Shown here: positions 26,290-40,807 of the stretch, in pieces
Layout of the letters: every line of letters begins with the position of its first letter
Numbering within the stretch: position 1 is the stretch's first letter
Assembly: GCA_040954595.2 (NCBI GenBank)
Contig: CM082576.2
Location: 6,885,129 to 6,949,128 of the forward strand
From: Balanoglossus misakiensis
Lineage: Eukaryota > Animalia > Hemichordata
DNA: 64,000 nucleotides
Direction: 5' to 3'
Position numbers and translations under genes: made by a program
The notes under the pieces: generated by a model
Told to the model about the DNA's origin: nothing
The model's input: only the letters and a program-made list of their open reading frames with translations
The model's database searches: none

Positions 26290-28860
26290 AGGGCTCCGAT
26301 GAAACATACCGAGAGGTGGTTCTTTCTAATGAAATAGATGAAAGTACTCGCACACAATCCAGCAGTGGGCTGAAATGGAAACAGGAAATGGGGGGGGAGA
26401 CAGGAGTCGGCCAAAGCTTCTGGATCAGCATTAATGAAATTATAGAAACCCTTGCACAAATTCATGAACATTTGTATGAAGTACTCAGAAGCAAGGGTTC
26501 ATTTTTAGGTGTTCGTGTCGAAGAAGACATCCAGGCTTAACTTCCCTACTCTACAGGTTAATAGTATTTGTGGTGAACATGGTGGGGGGATATATCTAAC
26601 AGTATAGTCTAGTGATACGTACGCGAACCAGACACAGCATCACTGCGCGACAGCATGACCTGAGATGCAATTGTTGCAAAAAAAAAATTTCCCTGGTGAA
26701 TATAATAAGTTTTAATGGGAGCCTGTGATTTTTACTCAGTTATGTTGTGTACAGACCCGAGGCAGCTCCACACACAGACCAGTATAGCAGTGGTCTTTAT
26801 AAATGATATATTGGATGCAATGTGGCAAATTTTCCAGAAAATCAAAGCATCCTTTCATAGACAATGTTTCCTTTTGACATAGTGATTGGCTTTACATGAT
26901 GACGGATTTCAAGTGGCTACAGTTTCAGAGCAGTGGACAATGCTAAGTAAACAAGTCAGATTTTGAAAGCATTAAAAACAAACAAACAAAAAGTTGCAGG
27001 TCCAAGCATGTCCAGCCTTGTGGTGGAACTGCTGTCACAAGACAACATTGTTGAGCAGCTTACAGAATGAACAGAAAGAAAAAATATATATGTACATGCA
27101 GTATTGTTTCAAAACAAATATAGATGTCTGTTAGAATGTTTTGGTTTTCAGTTCTATTGTTTTTATGTTACATTGTATTCGGTGTATTCTAGTTTGATGC
27201 ATACTTTTCAACCATGCATTCTCTGCTGATCTGGCAATGGGCTGTCTATCCTATGACATATCCACTGTATGCAGATTAACTCTGGAGAGGAAACTGTTTC
27301 TCCCTCCCCCCAACATCTCAACTTTTCTTGACTGTGGAATTCCAGCATTGGTTCGTTCGTTTCATAGCTTTTGTTTTCCAAATATCCAGTATGGGAGCTG
27401 TCGTGCGATTGCTGAATCACTTGCAACATGTACGGGTGTATCTGTTGTTGTGTGCATTATCCCAAGTTCATGAAAGTGAGGACATAGGGACTTGTCTATG
27501 CATAAATCACAGAACAGAGAGGGCAGCTAAATACAGATTTTCATTTTTGAGAACCTGGGATGATGCATGAAATCACAGCCCAATGCGCTTTCACACTTTT
27601 TTTAATGATACTGGTAATTTCCTTGTCTTTCCCTCTACCCCTGCTGATATCTTGCCTGATAATCATGATCTCTCTGGCATGGAAATCCTGATTTCTTGAT
27701 TGGTTGCTCATACATATCATGTGGTCAGTTATCATGAATATGCAAATTTAAGTGGCAAGCCAGGATTGTGTGGTAATCATGCTTTTTTTTAATGAAAAAT
27801 GACCTACTTGTACGGTCATTTTGAATGCGAGAATAATTGAAACAATCAAATTACAACTAATTGATTAATTAATTTCTCTGTAAATTAATTATATTTTATT
27901 TTTGTGTGATATATATTGGCAGGTGGTCTTCTTTTTTTAAAACTATTTCCAGTGTCTCAGGTTTGGGTAATTTATTTTTCAGAATCAGTGTAAAATGTGT
28001 AGCCTGTCTGAATGTATGAATGTAACGTCTGGTGACAGACTTGTAATTGAGATTAGTGTTGAAATGATTTCATAAGTGGTGCCAATGTGGTAGTTGCCGG
28101 TAAGTGTCTTCAAGTCTTGGGGAAACAACATCCCGCTGTGAGATTTTTAAAGTGTGAGAGAGAGATGTTTGCCGCAGCAGTGTATTTATCTGCGATCAGT
28201 GATCTTGTAAACCATCAAATTGTCGCTTTACAAGCAAATATTTTTTTTCTCTCCAGAGCATCGATATAAAGATTATAGTCGTGTTGGCCATTGTAACTTT
28301 TTTGGATCATTTTCTCTGGTGGTCGATGCAATCTTTTGATTCAAGGGGAAAACATGATTTCTAGTCGTTAAAGGGGAATATTGGTGTGGATGACTTTGTA
28401 ATAATTGCTGTTGAGCGGAGGTATAAGCCGGGAAGAACGCATCAGCAAATCAAACGGGCACATAATAGTACAGGACAGCTCCCTAGGTTACAGTAGTTAT
28501 GTACATTACAAACATTAATGCTCGCCATCTAAAAAATATCACAAACTATTCCGTTTCAGCACATCACAACAAATCATATAGTTTGGCTGTAACCCTTTCG
28601 ACCTGGTGACTTTGACAGAAACAAAACCCATTATCCATCATTTCAGCATGAATCAAGAAAGTTCCATTCCTCTGATTAACTTTGTACATTACCATAATTG
28701 GATTCTAAGAGAAGAAAAAAAGCTGTGAAATCAATGTCTCAAGGCCATCTCAGAGAAGCACTGTGTGTAATTGCTGAAAACATGCTGAAAATGACTGTTT
28801 TCTTGGTATTATGAAAAGACTAAACCTGTTCCACCAAACCATCCACACCAGTATTCCCCC

Positions 28861-28954
28861 TTAACCCTTTCACCCCCCAGTTCCCTCTTAAGAGGTCCAA
28901 CCTTACCATAGAAAACAATATGTTTGGACTGAACCATGTTGGTGAAAGGGCTAA
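28861..28954. mobile_element. Short non-autonomous TIR element (piggyBac-like MITE)
   Basis: TTAACCCTTTCACC ... GGTGAAAGGGCTAA: terminal inverted repeats beginning CCC, flanked by TTAA/CTAA (TTAA target site with one mismatch). Confidence 0.6.
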
Positions 28955-31950
28955 ACACTATATCCCATGCTGCATTCAATGTCTGTATTTGTTCATGGTG
29001 TCTTGGTGGCTTTCTGTCTCATAGTTGTGTGTTTTAATCCAGTCTTTCATAATCTCGGTGATTTGTAAATGGCCAAACGCTGCATACAGCAATTGAAAAC
29101 CCATGAATACTCACAAAGTTTCTTTTTTTTATTATAGTTTCCTTTTTAATATCCAGTAAGGCTTTTCGGGGTTTCTCTTGCTTTGATATATATAACGTGA
29201 CATTGGACTGTTTTATGTTTGTATGTATTACTTTTCTTCCTGGTCGCCTGGGGATGTGGAAATAAAGTAAGGCTCCCCCGTTATTGATCAAGATCTTTGT
29301 TGTCCTGCGTTTTCGTTTTTAGATGGTACATGTACCCATGTCTGTGTTTCAACAAAGAATCTTCAAAATTCAAAGAAAACCTAAAAACAGCAAAAAATTG
29401 AGCATCTTCCGCGGAACCGACTGAATCTGATCCTTCGTCGATTAGTTGTAAGGCAGGACTAATTACCACAATAACTAGCTCATCGCTGATTGTAACGTCG
29501 TGTCCAATCAATGGAAAAGCTCTCACTGTGTCTGACTGCGATGGGGATGTCAGTTGGTACATTCTCTTCTTGGCAGAATATCATAGAATGGGCTTGCAAT
29601 GTCGGGTTTTAATTTTTTTTACAGAGCGAAGAAAAGGTAGACAGTTTAGGTTCGCCCCTTCTTGGCCCTTGTATGACCCTCGTGTTGGGCTGTTCTCATT
29701 TCACGTCACAAGAGGAATTAGAATCCGATTCACAATATCGTGAGTGCTTACACCGGAAAATGGAGATTTGGAAATTCAATTGCTATTGGCACCGCTCTAA
29801 ATATTCAAAGTGTATCATTTTTGCTTTTAAGCTTTAAACTGAGAACATTCATACTCTAAAAACGCATCAAACGTTTCGCAGATTCTCGATGCAGAACAGT
29901 TGTGAAAATAGGTGTGTCACAATTTACACACATTTAGTAGGAGTTACTTTTTAGTATTCGAAGCGCATTGCATCTCAAGATGCGTCCACCTGATCCCCTG
30001 TAGATTAGTATTTGTCAGTCGTTTGACTAATTTCAGAAAAGCACTCGGATTTAACCTCGGACAGTCGCTTCCGTCAAATGACTTCAGCTCCAGTTTGGAA
30101 TTTAGAAACCGACCTTTGCCCTGTGTCATTCTTATTTACACGTGTACGTGTTTGTAGCTTCCGTTCCATCTTGTTACCCATTCCCGGTGTGCATGTGGTG
30201 TGACCCGTGTTTCTGATTAGTAAACAACTCTAACATATGTTCTATCCTGAAAGTGAATTTTCAATTTATCATTAGCACCCGCCCACACTTATATCCTCTA
30301 ATCGGTTCAATTTGTCGCGATGATCAACTTTGTGAAAGCAGGAAGGTTTGGTGGATAAGTGGTTGGTTAATGTGCAAATCCCTCTCCACTCTCAAGCATA
30401 ACAGCTGAAGTTCATTATCACCCCCACACAGAACATCATTAAGGTCGGAGACGCTCGCTGAAAGTTAATATGATGAATATAGTCCGTTGCGGCGAAATTC
30501 GAAAATTTCAAGATTAAGCGAGTTTTCACATTGCAAAAAGTAGTCTTCAGGCTCCAAAAAATTGTGAGGCCGAAAGCGTATGTAAGCGCAGGGGGAAAAA
30601 TACCGTTCAAACACGCTCCTCATGACAACAGTAAAATACGCCATATTTTGTCCAATCAGAAATCTTCATCCAAACCATCGATGTATAAATTGCACTGAGT
30701 CCACGCTGCAGGATACAATGTATTGTACAGTTTCATCGTTTGTGGGCCCATTTATTTATTAATATTTTCCAAAGAAAATTTCATTTAGTCATGGAATCTA
30801 TAATTTAAAGACACGAGTAATATTCATTGAGACGAAATGAAAACCACCAGATAAAGGTGATAATCGCAAATGATACGAAGTGACATCAGAAAAAACTGCT
30901 CGCTTAGGAATTAGAAATAGGTCGTGCAAAGCTCTCATTCGGAGTTTATTTCGTTTCGCGCCGGGCGGTGAATAAAAAAGTGCCATTTCCATGGTAACAG
31001 TATAAAATTTCAATTAAAATGAAATGAGAGACGATGATGATCTCGATCTAAACCGCGGCAGGCATCTCGTCGATCACAAAAAATCATAAATTATTTAAGT
31101 TATCCACTGCCGGGCCGCGTGTTTCAAATGCACTTCTTTTTTATATTTTATCATCAGGTATAAAGCAGAGAATTTAACCGTCATCCGAATAACAGACAGT
31201 CTACGATCAAGAACGCATGCGCGGGTGCACGCTGCGTCAATTAAGACTACAGACACTGATCGTAATAATATAATTAGAGCAGGGATGGAGGTATTTTGTT
31301 TTATTCCTCATTATAAAGAATTCGACTATACAGTCCTTTTGTTTAGTTTTTGCCAGACTAGATGACCTATAGTAAGAAAACTGGAGCCTGGTTTAGATGG
31401 GCTTCGTCGTTGTTTATTGTAGTGACATTTACTCCAGAATACCACGTTTTCATTGTAAATGCGGCTGAAATACAGTAGCTGTTGTATGTCCTACACTCAT
31501 TGATTGATGGCACGATTCCAATAACATGATATTATTATCGTTCACCTACGTCACCCGTGCTATCTCTGGTGCAGTAGATCTATCTTTTTGCGGCTGTTAT
31601 AGAAATAGAAAGATGAAACACACGAACTGTGCCACGGAACACAGAGAGCGATAGCGAATGTTATTTTTGCGTGCAGTCATTCATATGGACGGGGTGCCCA
31701 CTAACCGATCAGTATCTGCAAATTAGTTTAGTTTCCACTCACAATCACGAACGCATTCTCACTTGTAAAAGATGCTATAGAGTATTGAGTCGTTAGATTG
31801 AAAAATGTCACGTTTTGCAAACGTTGAAATGATTAATTAGATTGTGCACATTTGATGGCGCCGTCGTAAAATTACGTTTCACAAACGAAGTAAAATGGCA
31901 CCAGGAGAAAAAATTATGAAAAGTTTGTAATTCCTGTATATTATAGTTGT

Positions 31951-34401
31951 TCATATGTTGAGTATTTCACCTTCGTTTGTAACCTTCACTGTAATATTTT
32001 GTCCTTTGTTGTCAGAATCGAACTCCACTCTTGAGCCCAAACTCGATGCAATACTTTCTCCGTATCTTTCAACAGAATTTGCCTTTGACGGGTGTCTGGT
32101 TTCCGTTCTCTCTGTCACGTGTTCATGTTGAATGCCGTTGAGCAAAACGACGTCTCCGTTTATCGTTTCCCCATCTTGTTCACAATGTGGGTGCGCCCTT
32201 GTTTTCCTATTGTCACAATTTTCCACTTTCCGACCCATTTCCTTGGCACCGACGCAATGTGCGCTTGCTCCTTCGAGTTTTCCACCGATAGCATCTGGGC
32301 CGTTATCAGACTTTCCATCAGTTGTGGCTATTACGTAACCGTTTTTCTCCGACACAGCATCTGCGCTCTGTCCTTCCATTGGTCGTCGTTCACGGGGAAA
32401 ATGTTCGACGGCGGCGGCATTTCTGGCCGGTTGTCCGCGACTGTCCCGGACAACACCGCTCACAACTGTGCACGTGGCGACCGTTGCGGTGGTTGCAACC
32501 GTTGTCGGAGCACCCGCCCTCTCTTTGAAACGTAAATTAAGACCGCGCTGAACAGCAACAATGTCAGTTTGAGTCGTTTCCGAGGCAACCTGGATCTCTC
32601 GGATATCGTCCGCGTCTTGTGCAACCGGCGTCTCCATGGTAACATACACATCGTCGGGTGTCAGGGAAGGGTTATCGCATCCCTCAAATTCCGCATCCTT
32701 GTTTTCCGTCGGTGATTTTTTCTTTCTCTTGTTTCGGGAACTTCTCCTCTTGCTCGACTCTCCTCTCGAAATCCCGCTGTCGTTTTCGCTGTCTTTGCCC
32801 TCGACGCCATCCAACAGATTGGAGTAAGAGTCCGAACGCCCCGCTTCTATGGTAACGGCTGTGGTGACACGGGTGTCGCCGACTGACCCGTTTTTGCTGC
32901 ACGTCACTTCCGGTGAGGACTCCATCGATCCCGGCGCTCTTTTACCGTTGGGTATTACGCGTGACTCGTTCAAGATGTTAATTCCCTGGTCTTTCTTGTA
33001 TTCCACTGCTGGCTCTTCTCCTCCTTGTCCATCGGGACTTTTGGCCAGCTCACCGTCTTCGCACATCTGTTCCTTGAGACGGTTCTCCCGAATCCTCGCA
33101 TTTTTCTTGATGATCCTCTTTCGATCTCTGTTGATGAAATTTTATTTTAAATTTGTTTTATAATCATGGTGCTCTTTCAATAAGCGCACATCACATGCGA
33201 TGATCTCAAAATGTCGGTAAATTTGACAGTGTCCTATTCTCACTGAAGACGTTATATACCTTTCATTCTCCAATTTCACCTGTACCCACCCACAAACGCA
33301 CCCGCGCTCTCGAAGACGTCAATCACAGGTGCCCGGTTGTTATCGAAGCCGTGACTAGATTTAAAACTCGGCGTTTGAAGGACACAGCGGTTTGAAATTG
33401 CTTGCCCCAAAGGCATAGAAATCAGCTTGCTACCTAGAGCTCTGAATCACCGGCAAGCATGTCATGCACTTTGCAATTGTTATTGGCTGTGCTCTCTCAA
33501 TTTACCATGTCATAGAGCATAAATCTCCCCACGGGAATTGTAGTTCTATTTATTTCCCCGTGTTATTTTTGTTCTTGTGGTTAGTACTTGACACTGGAAA
33601 TTAGCGATTCACACTGTTTAGAGAAGTCATTGACAAAAGACCCCTTAGAGATTATCTATTTATCTATCTATCTTTCTGTCTATCTATCGATCGATCGATC
33701 GTGTTGTAAGTATGTTCGCAGGTTTTGCCAAACACGTAACTGTGTGGCCACGGTCATGATTTAGTAAAACCGAGCGTGTTAAAAGTGCATTTTGTATGGT
33801 ACAGTAGGTTTAGACCACGTGCTGAGTTTAACTCCACAAGTCACGACACCGCTCGCTCACATGCAAATTTTCGCCACGAACCATTTTCTTAATCTCTCCT
33901 TTCACTGAGTGCGGTGGTGATTTATGGGGCATGCCCAATTTCTAGCTTTGGTCGGAGAACACGCAACCATTACGTTCTGGGGGGATTATTCCTGATGGAT
34001 TACAGTGCTCAGGCTGGCGACGCGTGGCCATGTGAATTTTAAACCGTTCTACACACAAGTCACTAGTCATTTTGGCGACGCACCGAGCCTTAACCAATAC
34101 AATGGAGACAGAGGTTTTCATAGCATTCAGAATGCACAGGATAAGTGAATGTGTGTATATATACCGTACATTCATCATATGCAAAATATGTCAGGTCACG
34201 GGGCTTTAACATCTTCACAACCACCTGTTACGATATGTCATAAAATGCTAATAAGCTCAATTTAGTCCTAATAGGTAAAGAAAGGGTTACGGTGCCATGA
34301 ACAAGTGAAACTTACTTGACTGCTTTGTATCCTGAATAGATGCAGATCAAGAAGAACAGAGCAGCAAATATCCCGAGGACTATAACACTCGTGAGATCCA
34401 T
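31951..34401 (-). CDS. Uncharacterised single-pass membrane protein (~420 aa) with N-terminal anchor and long disordered tail
   Basis: Exon 34401-34316 (MDLTSVIVLGIFAALFFLICIYSGYKAV, donor AA|GTAAGT) splices in phase to acceptor CATCAACAG|A at 33127. This continues through a 1.18-kb stop-free frame that includes the 371-aa track ORF. A likely 5' UTR acceptor lies at ~34655. Confidence 0.8.
33652..33700. repeat. (TCTA/TCGA)n tetranucleotide microsatellite, imperfect
   Basis: ttatctatttatctatctatctttctgtctatctatcgatcgatcgatc. Confidence 0.7.
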
Positions 34402-37251
34402 TGTTATGGCAAAGTATCGCGTCGATATTTTTCAGCAGTAGATATTCAGGACTCCCTGAACATGTTCATCGTCTGGCAATCTAGTGTTTTGAATCATCGC
34501 GTTGCTTTTCTTTTTCTCGTTCTCGTTCTCACGTTTGTGTGGGAGTTACTGGAGTCCAGTTGAACCAGCAGCGTTGAAAGCACACTGTCCCCCAGGACAA
34601 CTCATTCTGGGATGGACGGTTTTCCTCTTGCTTCGTTCGCTGTTTTGTGAAGGTGCCTGCGAACAGATAAATAGAGGTGAAAATGTTCACGGGTTGCTTA
34701 TAATGTCGTCAATCGTTGAAGTCGTGGACAAGCCCCGGCATACGCCCGCGCGCCGTGTCAGTAGTTATTTGTAGCGTAATATAGTGTTGAATACACAAAC
34801 ATCATGTACATATATGGCAGATGTAAGGAAAACGGATCAGCTACAAAATGGGACTGTTAATCACATTGACAGAAATATAAATACTGCGATTATTAGAGCG
34901 AAATGGAATTACCGGCAGTTGTGTTGAGTGAGCCATGTCAATATAACGGAGAGTGTTATTAATTCACAAATTTTCCATTAAGAGTACATGTACAAGCTTT
35001 ACAATTGCGTTGCAAGGCTTTGTATGCCGCGGGGGGCCCTACTCATCAGGCGGTGTATCGCAATGCGGCGAAATAGTTTCATCACGACAGAAAAATAAAG
35101 AATGTATCCACCTATGTGACATAGAGAAAGCTCAAATATCTAATGGCGTGGAAAGTCCGCATTGTCATTGCTACTTGAATGCGGGTTTATGTGAAGTGCC
35201 ATGCAAGAGTGTTTGAAGTCACGTGACACGTTTAAATTTACATTCAGTCCATTTCCCCGGTGATCACGTGAACACCGAAGCATTTTATGTCATTTTGGCT
35301 TTCTTCTTCTTTAAAATGCTAGACAAATTCGCACACAAGTTGTCGCACTGTATGACTACTATTAGAACTGTATATCACGAAGAATGAAGGCATATATCTA
35401 GATTCCCCGCTCCCTTTAATGACGTGTTGTTTTGTTCAAATTTATATCACGTGCATAGTTGAGCTCTTCCGAGGAGACGCAGCCCTCATGTCACGGGTCA
35501 ATTCCGTCAGGGTGGCGGAAACAATAAAAAATTGTCATACGAAATAGAATTAGGTCAGTACATGGATAACATATTGCCCCTTTTTACCGTAAGTGTTCTA
35601 TTTTATTTATCAGCCTGCGTGCTCGTCATATCAAGTGATGCCTCCGTTGCTCACCACTGATGATAGAAATTATCCGAGTCTGACAGTCAAAGTCGAATGA
35701 TGGCGACTGAACGACGATGTATTCGGCCGTACGGAACAGTTTGGTCCGCAACGGGAGCTGTAATAACACCCGCTTCAGTGAGCCATGAAGACGTCCCCGA
35801 AATATCCGATTATGGGTTCTGTAAAAGAAGCGACAATCAATAAAAGAATAGCAGACAGTTGGTGTGGGTTTTTTTAACTTTACAATGTATGTCCTGTGGT
35901 CTGGATCATAGGGAGAATGGGATGCATAGATTTGCTTAACTATTGCGTCATATAAACGCGGACGACGTCATCCTATGAACCGATACGGTGTAAAATTCAC
36001 CTGGTCAAGGTGAGCTGATTGGCAAGTGACTCAGCGATGTGACCTGATTACCAAGTCATGGCAGTCGCCTAGCGGCAGCGGTCTTACAGATGGTAATTTG
36101 CATATTTGGCAGGGTAATATTATTTAAAAAACGGCCAAAGCTTAAATCTTACCCCTCATAGTACAGGCGTCCAAATAGAAAAAAAAATAACGTCAACGAA
36201 TTATCGCCATCGTTTCTAACACGAGCGGATCGTTTGGTTTTCTGTTCAACAGCCGCGAAACATCTCCGACAGTCGGCTATCCGCCCGTGTCTCGATCTCC
36301 GTGGCACGAAATCTCATATTACTGATCTGTCGCCCTAAACTGTCCGAGCAAAACGGAGCAGCCTTTAGTCCAGCATAAAGTGTTACACCGACCTCCCCAG
36401 TGAGATTGTCGTCCTTTGCGTGGTACACATCAACTGCGGCGCAACGATAAAACTAAAGAAATGGGATGTGCGGTTTGCGTGCCGTTAATGTCAAGCCAAA
36501 CTGGATGACTTATGTAGTAAGCCTGGTGCTGCCCACTTTCAATTCGAAATATAAGGCATCCCTATCTCGAAAGTTCTCACCAGGCTTCAAGCTCCCTAGT
36601 ACAACGTCAAAAAAAAACGCAGTGCATTTCAAGTAAACGTCTGATGAATTCTGAACATTAATTTCCGTTTTCTCCCACAATACACGTGCTTAATGTGTTT
36701 GCGAGATCAGTGATAATCTCTAACCTTTACATCAACTATGTCGGGGTCGGGCGGAAAAACAAGGACACATTTCAGCATTTACAAAAACAGAAATTACTAA
36801 AAACCGATTTCCGCCTTGTGATGTTTCTATGGTGACGATGTGAAAGACGCATGCAAACGAAGATATGTGAACTCAAAAAGAAGACAATAGCAACATGCTT
36901 TATTATATAATTACGAGTCGTTTTCTAGTTTTCTGGGATATAAATTCGATTGATATAGGTGGGATTAAATTCGCTACATCTTCAGCAGAAACGTGATTTA
37001 TTGTACCTGCGTAGACGTGATATTTATGTATCATAATTTTCAATACATGTAGTTTCAAGTTACTTATTGTGACATTTCCAGTACGGTTTCGGTGAATTAA
37101 TGCGCACGGACACAGATTCGCCAGCGATTAATTGACAAGCAGAATGTTGGGAGTTTAAGCATGCTTAATGGAGTAGAACAAAATTGTAATGGGCCGAAAA
37201 TTACTGCCATGGTCTAATTAATAAATATGCATCAATTCATTATTTCGTTAT

Positions 37252-37401
37252 AGTACAGTACAGTACAGTACAGTACAGTACAGTACAGTACAGTACAGTA
37301 CAGTACAGTACAGTACAGTACAGTACAGTACAGTACAGTACAGTACAGTACAGTACAGTACAGTACAGTACAGTACAGTACAGTACAGTACAGTACAGTA
37401 C
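37252..37401. repeat. (AGTAC)30 perfect pentanucleotide microsatellite
   Basis: 150 bp of uninterrupted AGTAC units; it explains the spurious (YCTVL)n ORFs in the track. Confidence 0.98.
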
Positions 37402-40400
37402 GGATTATTATGAGCAGGAAAAAAGCTTGATAATAAAACCCCGGCTCTGTTGAACATTTAACCGACAAAGACGCGGGACCGACTGTTTCCGACAGTTTTA
37501 TGCAATCCTTGTGCACAGAATAATATGTCTTTTCTATTGATACGGCCACAGATGGTGTATGCACAGTACTTGTTCCAGTGGGCAATAAAGCTTGGCACGC
37601 CACATTCAGAAATATGTCACGTTTTGTTGATTAAATCGTTAAATTTCGACATGCACGACATGCCAACATACAGGAACTGAGACAAATTCGTGTTTCCGTT
37701 GGTCACATAATAAATATTGCGAGTCGCTAAAAAGATGATCTGGAATCACGACGCATGCAATGTGGACACTTTTGAAAACTTCACACACGTGCACGGTGCA
37801 ACTGGGCGTGCAACCTGAGGTTGATGCCATGCATTACTGTAAAAAATGTAAGCTTATAACCAGCCAAGTATAATTTTAAATACAATTGTTAAAAATGATG
37901 AATACCGACGACGCTGTATTTTTTTAAAATGCAACCATATCACTATACTTTTCAGATTGGGAAGTAACAGACTGGATAAAACATAAACCCATACGTCGAT
38001 TTTTTTTATTTCTGTGGCCTAATTTTACCACAGACCACAGTAATATCAATGGCTTTGTGAATAAGAGTTTATCTTTCCTGACTATATCATTCACCTGTGC
38101 GTCAGAACTCTTATACCGAGGCCAATATTTGCTCATTATTTGTATGCGGCTTGTAAAGGTGCAGTGTAACACATGCTTCCCGCTCGGCCTATTCATGTTT
38201 GTCGATGCCGCGGTAAAAAAGGACTGCCACAGTGCCATTCTTGGCAAAATGTGCACGATGAATAAATGACACCTCACCAGATAAACCCGACAACATACGT
38301 GTAATGTCGCCGGGCACACCAGGAGGCAATTCCGCCAACGTGTGATTGATGTGTCGCGCCGGGGGCGGGGAAGTAGGCAACTTTTTTCCGGCGACAGAAC
38401 ATTAGAAATAACTCGACCAAATGAAATACATGTATATCCAAAACAAAACTCTCTTGCCTTTAACCACACAGAAAGAGAACAAAAATTATGTTTTAATGCA
38501 TAAAATATACCAGCACATACACGGGATAATAATTACATAAAAGTACTTCATTACTATTGCGTACGTTATATCCTCAGCGAAGTGAACGTGATTCGTGTGT
38601 TGTACACGTCGTCGTAATTTTGAAATCCCCAGTAAAGTATACGTATTAATTCGTTCACACAACTCATTTGCACACCGTGTATATTAGTATGTCGTGCGTG
38701 TTCATTATGTCTGGAGTTTTATAGCGGGTCGCATCGACTAATTAGAACACGAACGCGAGTCCCATCTGTGTTCACATCATCTTCACCAACGCTGCCATCC
38801 ATATTAATTTTGAGCTGTTAACAGTAAACTCCCAAAAAATGTAATATGTGCCAATAACAATCCGCCCACGGAAAACTGCTAGTGATTCATATGTACGATA
38901 TATCGATGATTTTTATAATGCATAATCTGCAATACATGAAAATAACGATTAAAGGGCATTCATGTATGACAATGGGTTAAATGGTGCCATCTGTACAAAG
39001 AATTATTTTCTTGTGACGTTTTAGTGGAATCTTTCATTCCAATGTACATTCGCCAATGTTAAAACAAATTGCGAATACTATAGTTGGGGAAACGAACTAA
39101 AGGGGGTTTCTCTTTTTCAATTTCTGTTACGGGCACGTGATGTCGAAATATAGGTTTTTCAGAAGAACCAGCAGTAAGAGTGATTGCCAATCGGTAATAG
39201 CGCCCCAGACTTTCATTGTGCGAGACTCAAAGATTACAGAATAATCGCAGGTTTGGCAGTATAAAACGAAATGTCATTGCTGTGTGTGAAATCATTTAAC
39301 ATTGAAATATTGAAAAGACCGTCATTGCAGGATCCCGTTTGTCTGACTATATATGGTTACCACTGGTACGAGGATTACAGTTTACAGGTCGAGTGAAAAA
39401 AAATATAGTCCCGTTTTTATCTGTTGCCATAGGTGATGTGTTGTGGGTGTTTGTGTCTAGCTGCCATTGACTCGGAGACGAATCCATGCCTGGGGCGTAC
39501 TTGTATTTTACATAACAAGAAACGCTGTTTTCTTTGGCAATAGTGTTGGCTACGTGCTTAGCCGGAGTGCTTTTAGAAAAAGAACAATGTTCTTTTTATC
39601 CAATTGTAAAATCTCACTAAGAAAAACAGAATGAAGGCGGCTCTGGTCCGAATTCCGTCTAAAGTGAAAGTCGTTCCAACACAACATCGTGGGTCGCGGA
39701 GCGGGCTGCAGTCCATTCTCGAGAGGTTTTACTCTCAGTGGAGAAACGCTAGAATTTGCCATTGAAGGTTGATATCGCATTGGCATGCTAATATGCTGCT
39801 GCATGCATAGATATTCGGCGGACAGTTAGATAACCGCGGGGGAACTGTTGACAAAGCGCAAGTGCGAGTCGCAGGGAAACGTGCACGGGAAGACAAGCAG
39901 AGAGATGACCGCACCGAACAGGTAATTTCCGAATTAGTCTCACAATCTATCATCGCCGACTTGGGTTTCGGTCATTGGAAGAGTTTGTTTGAGTAAGAGC
40001 ATTACCCATCCCACGAACTGATCGTCACACAACAAATGACACTAGATATCCATTGGACGGGCAGCGTAAGTAACAGGTCAATGACTGCGAACAACAGCGA
40101 GACTATTGAAAAACAAAAGTTCCGGGGACACTTGGAGTCTTGCATATTTACATTGTAAAGGAACTGAGTTCTGATTATTCTGACGGTACGGATTTCGTTA
40201 AGTTTTAGAACCAGAACCGTATTGTTTCATCAACAAATGCAACAGATATCTCACTGTGTATGTAACCTTCTTTTATATTTCGCTTACAAATGCCAAAATG
40301 GTCATAAATCTGTGTTCTCGAGGTGTAATAAGGTGGGGTTCTAATGAACACGATGAAAGCTAATATTTTTTTTAGATTTGTACGTAGGTCTGCATGTCGT

Positions 40401-40807
40401 TGAAATTGTAGACTACCGGCCAGCCGCTAATATAATTTTTATGCTTACTTTCCTTTTCTCGCTCTCCAGAAGACTGTTCGCAAAACGTGAACCGACTACA
40501 AATTTCGTTGACCCTGAAAAGATAGACGCCCTCGGGCGCGAGTCCCTCCACGTAATGATGACAATACGCTCATTGATAACTTGAGGGCTCGCCTTCTTTT
40601 CTGGTCACTCAAAGACACTTTCTTCAAGTAATCTTGATCAAAAAAACATTCTTCCCCACGTGCTTTGACTTGCCGGTTTTCCCCGCTCTCTCTCCCTCTC
40701 TCCAGATAAAGGATTTAGAGACCACAGAGTGATTATCGAATGTTACTGATGTGAATATACGCGTAGAATCCGCGAAGTTGTGGTGTTGCGCCTCGACGGT
40801 GCAAGTG

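Noticed and set aside
26274-26540. 88-aa -1 frame ORF overlapping the PSME4 stop, with protein-like composition
   Set aside because: No ATG start, no acceptor that enters this frame from exon 39 and no slippery site. It would also destroy the conserved terminal YYA motif.
32630-32643. X-box-like GTCTCCATGGTAAC inside the orphan ORF
   Set aside because: Explained by the codons for V-T-M-E-T; not counted as regulatory.
37232-37603. ORFs with (YCTVL)n repeats; regular repeat considered as a CRISPR-like array
   Set aside because: Pure microsatellite with no spacers, in a eukaryotic context.
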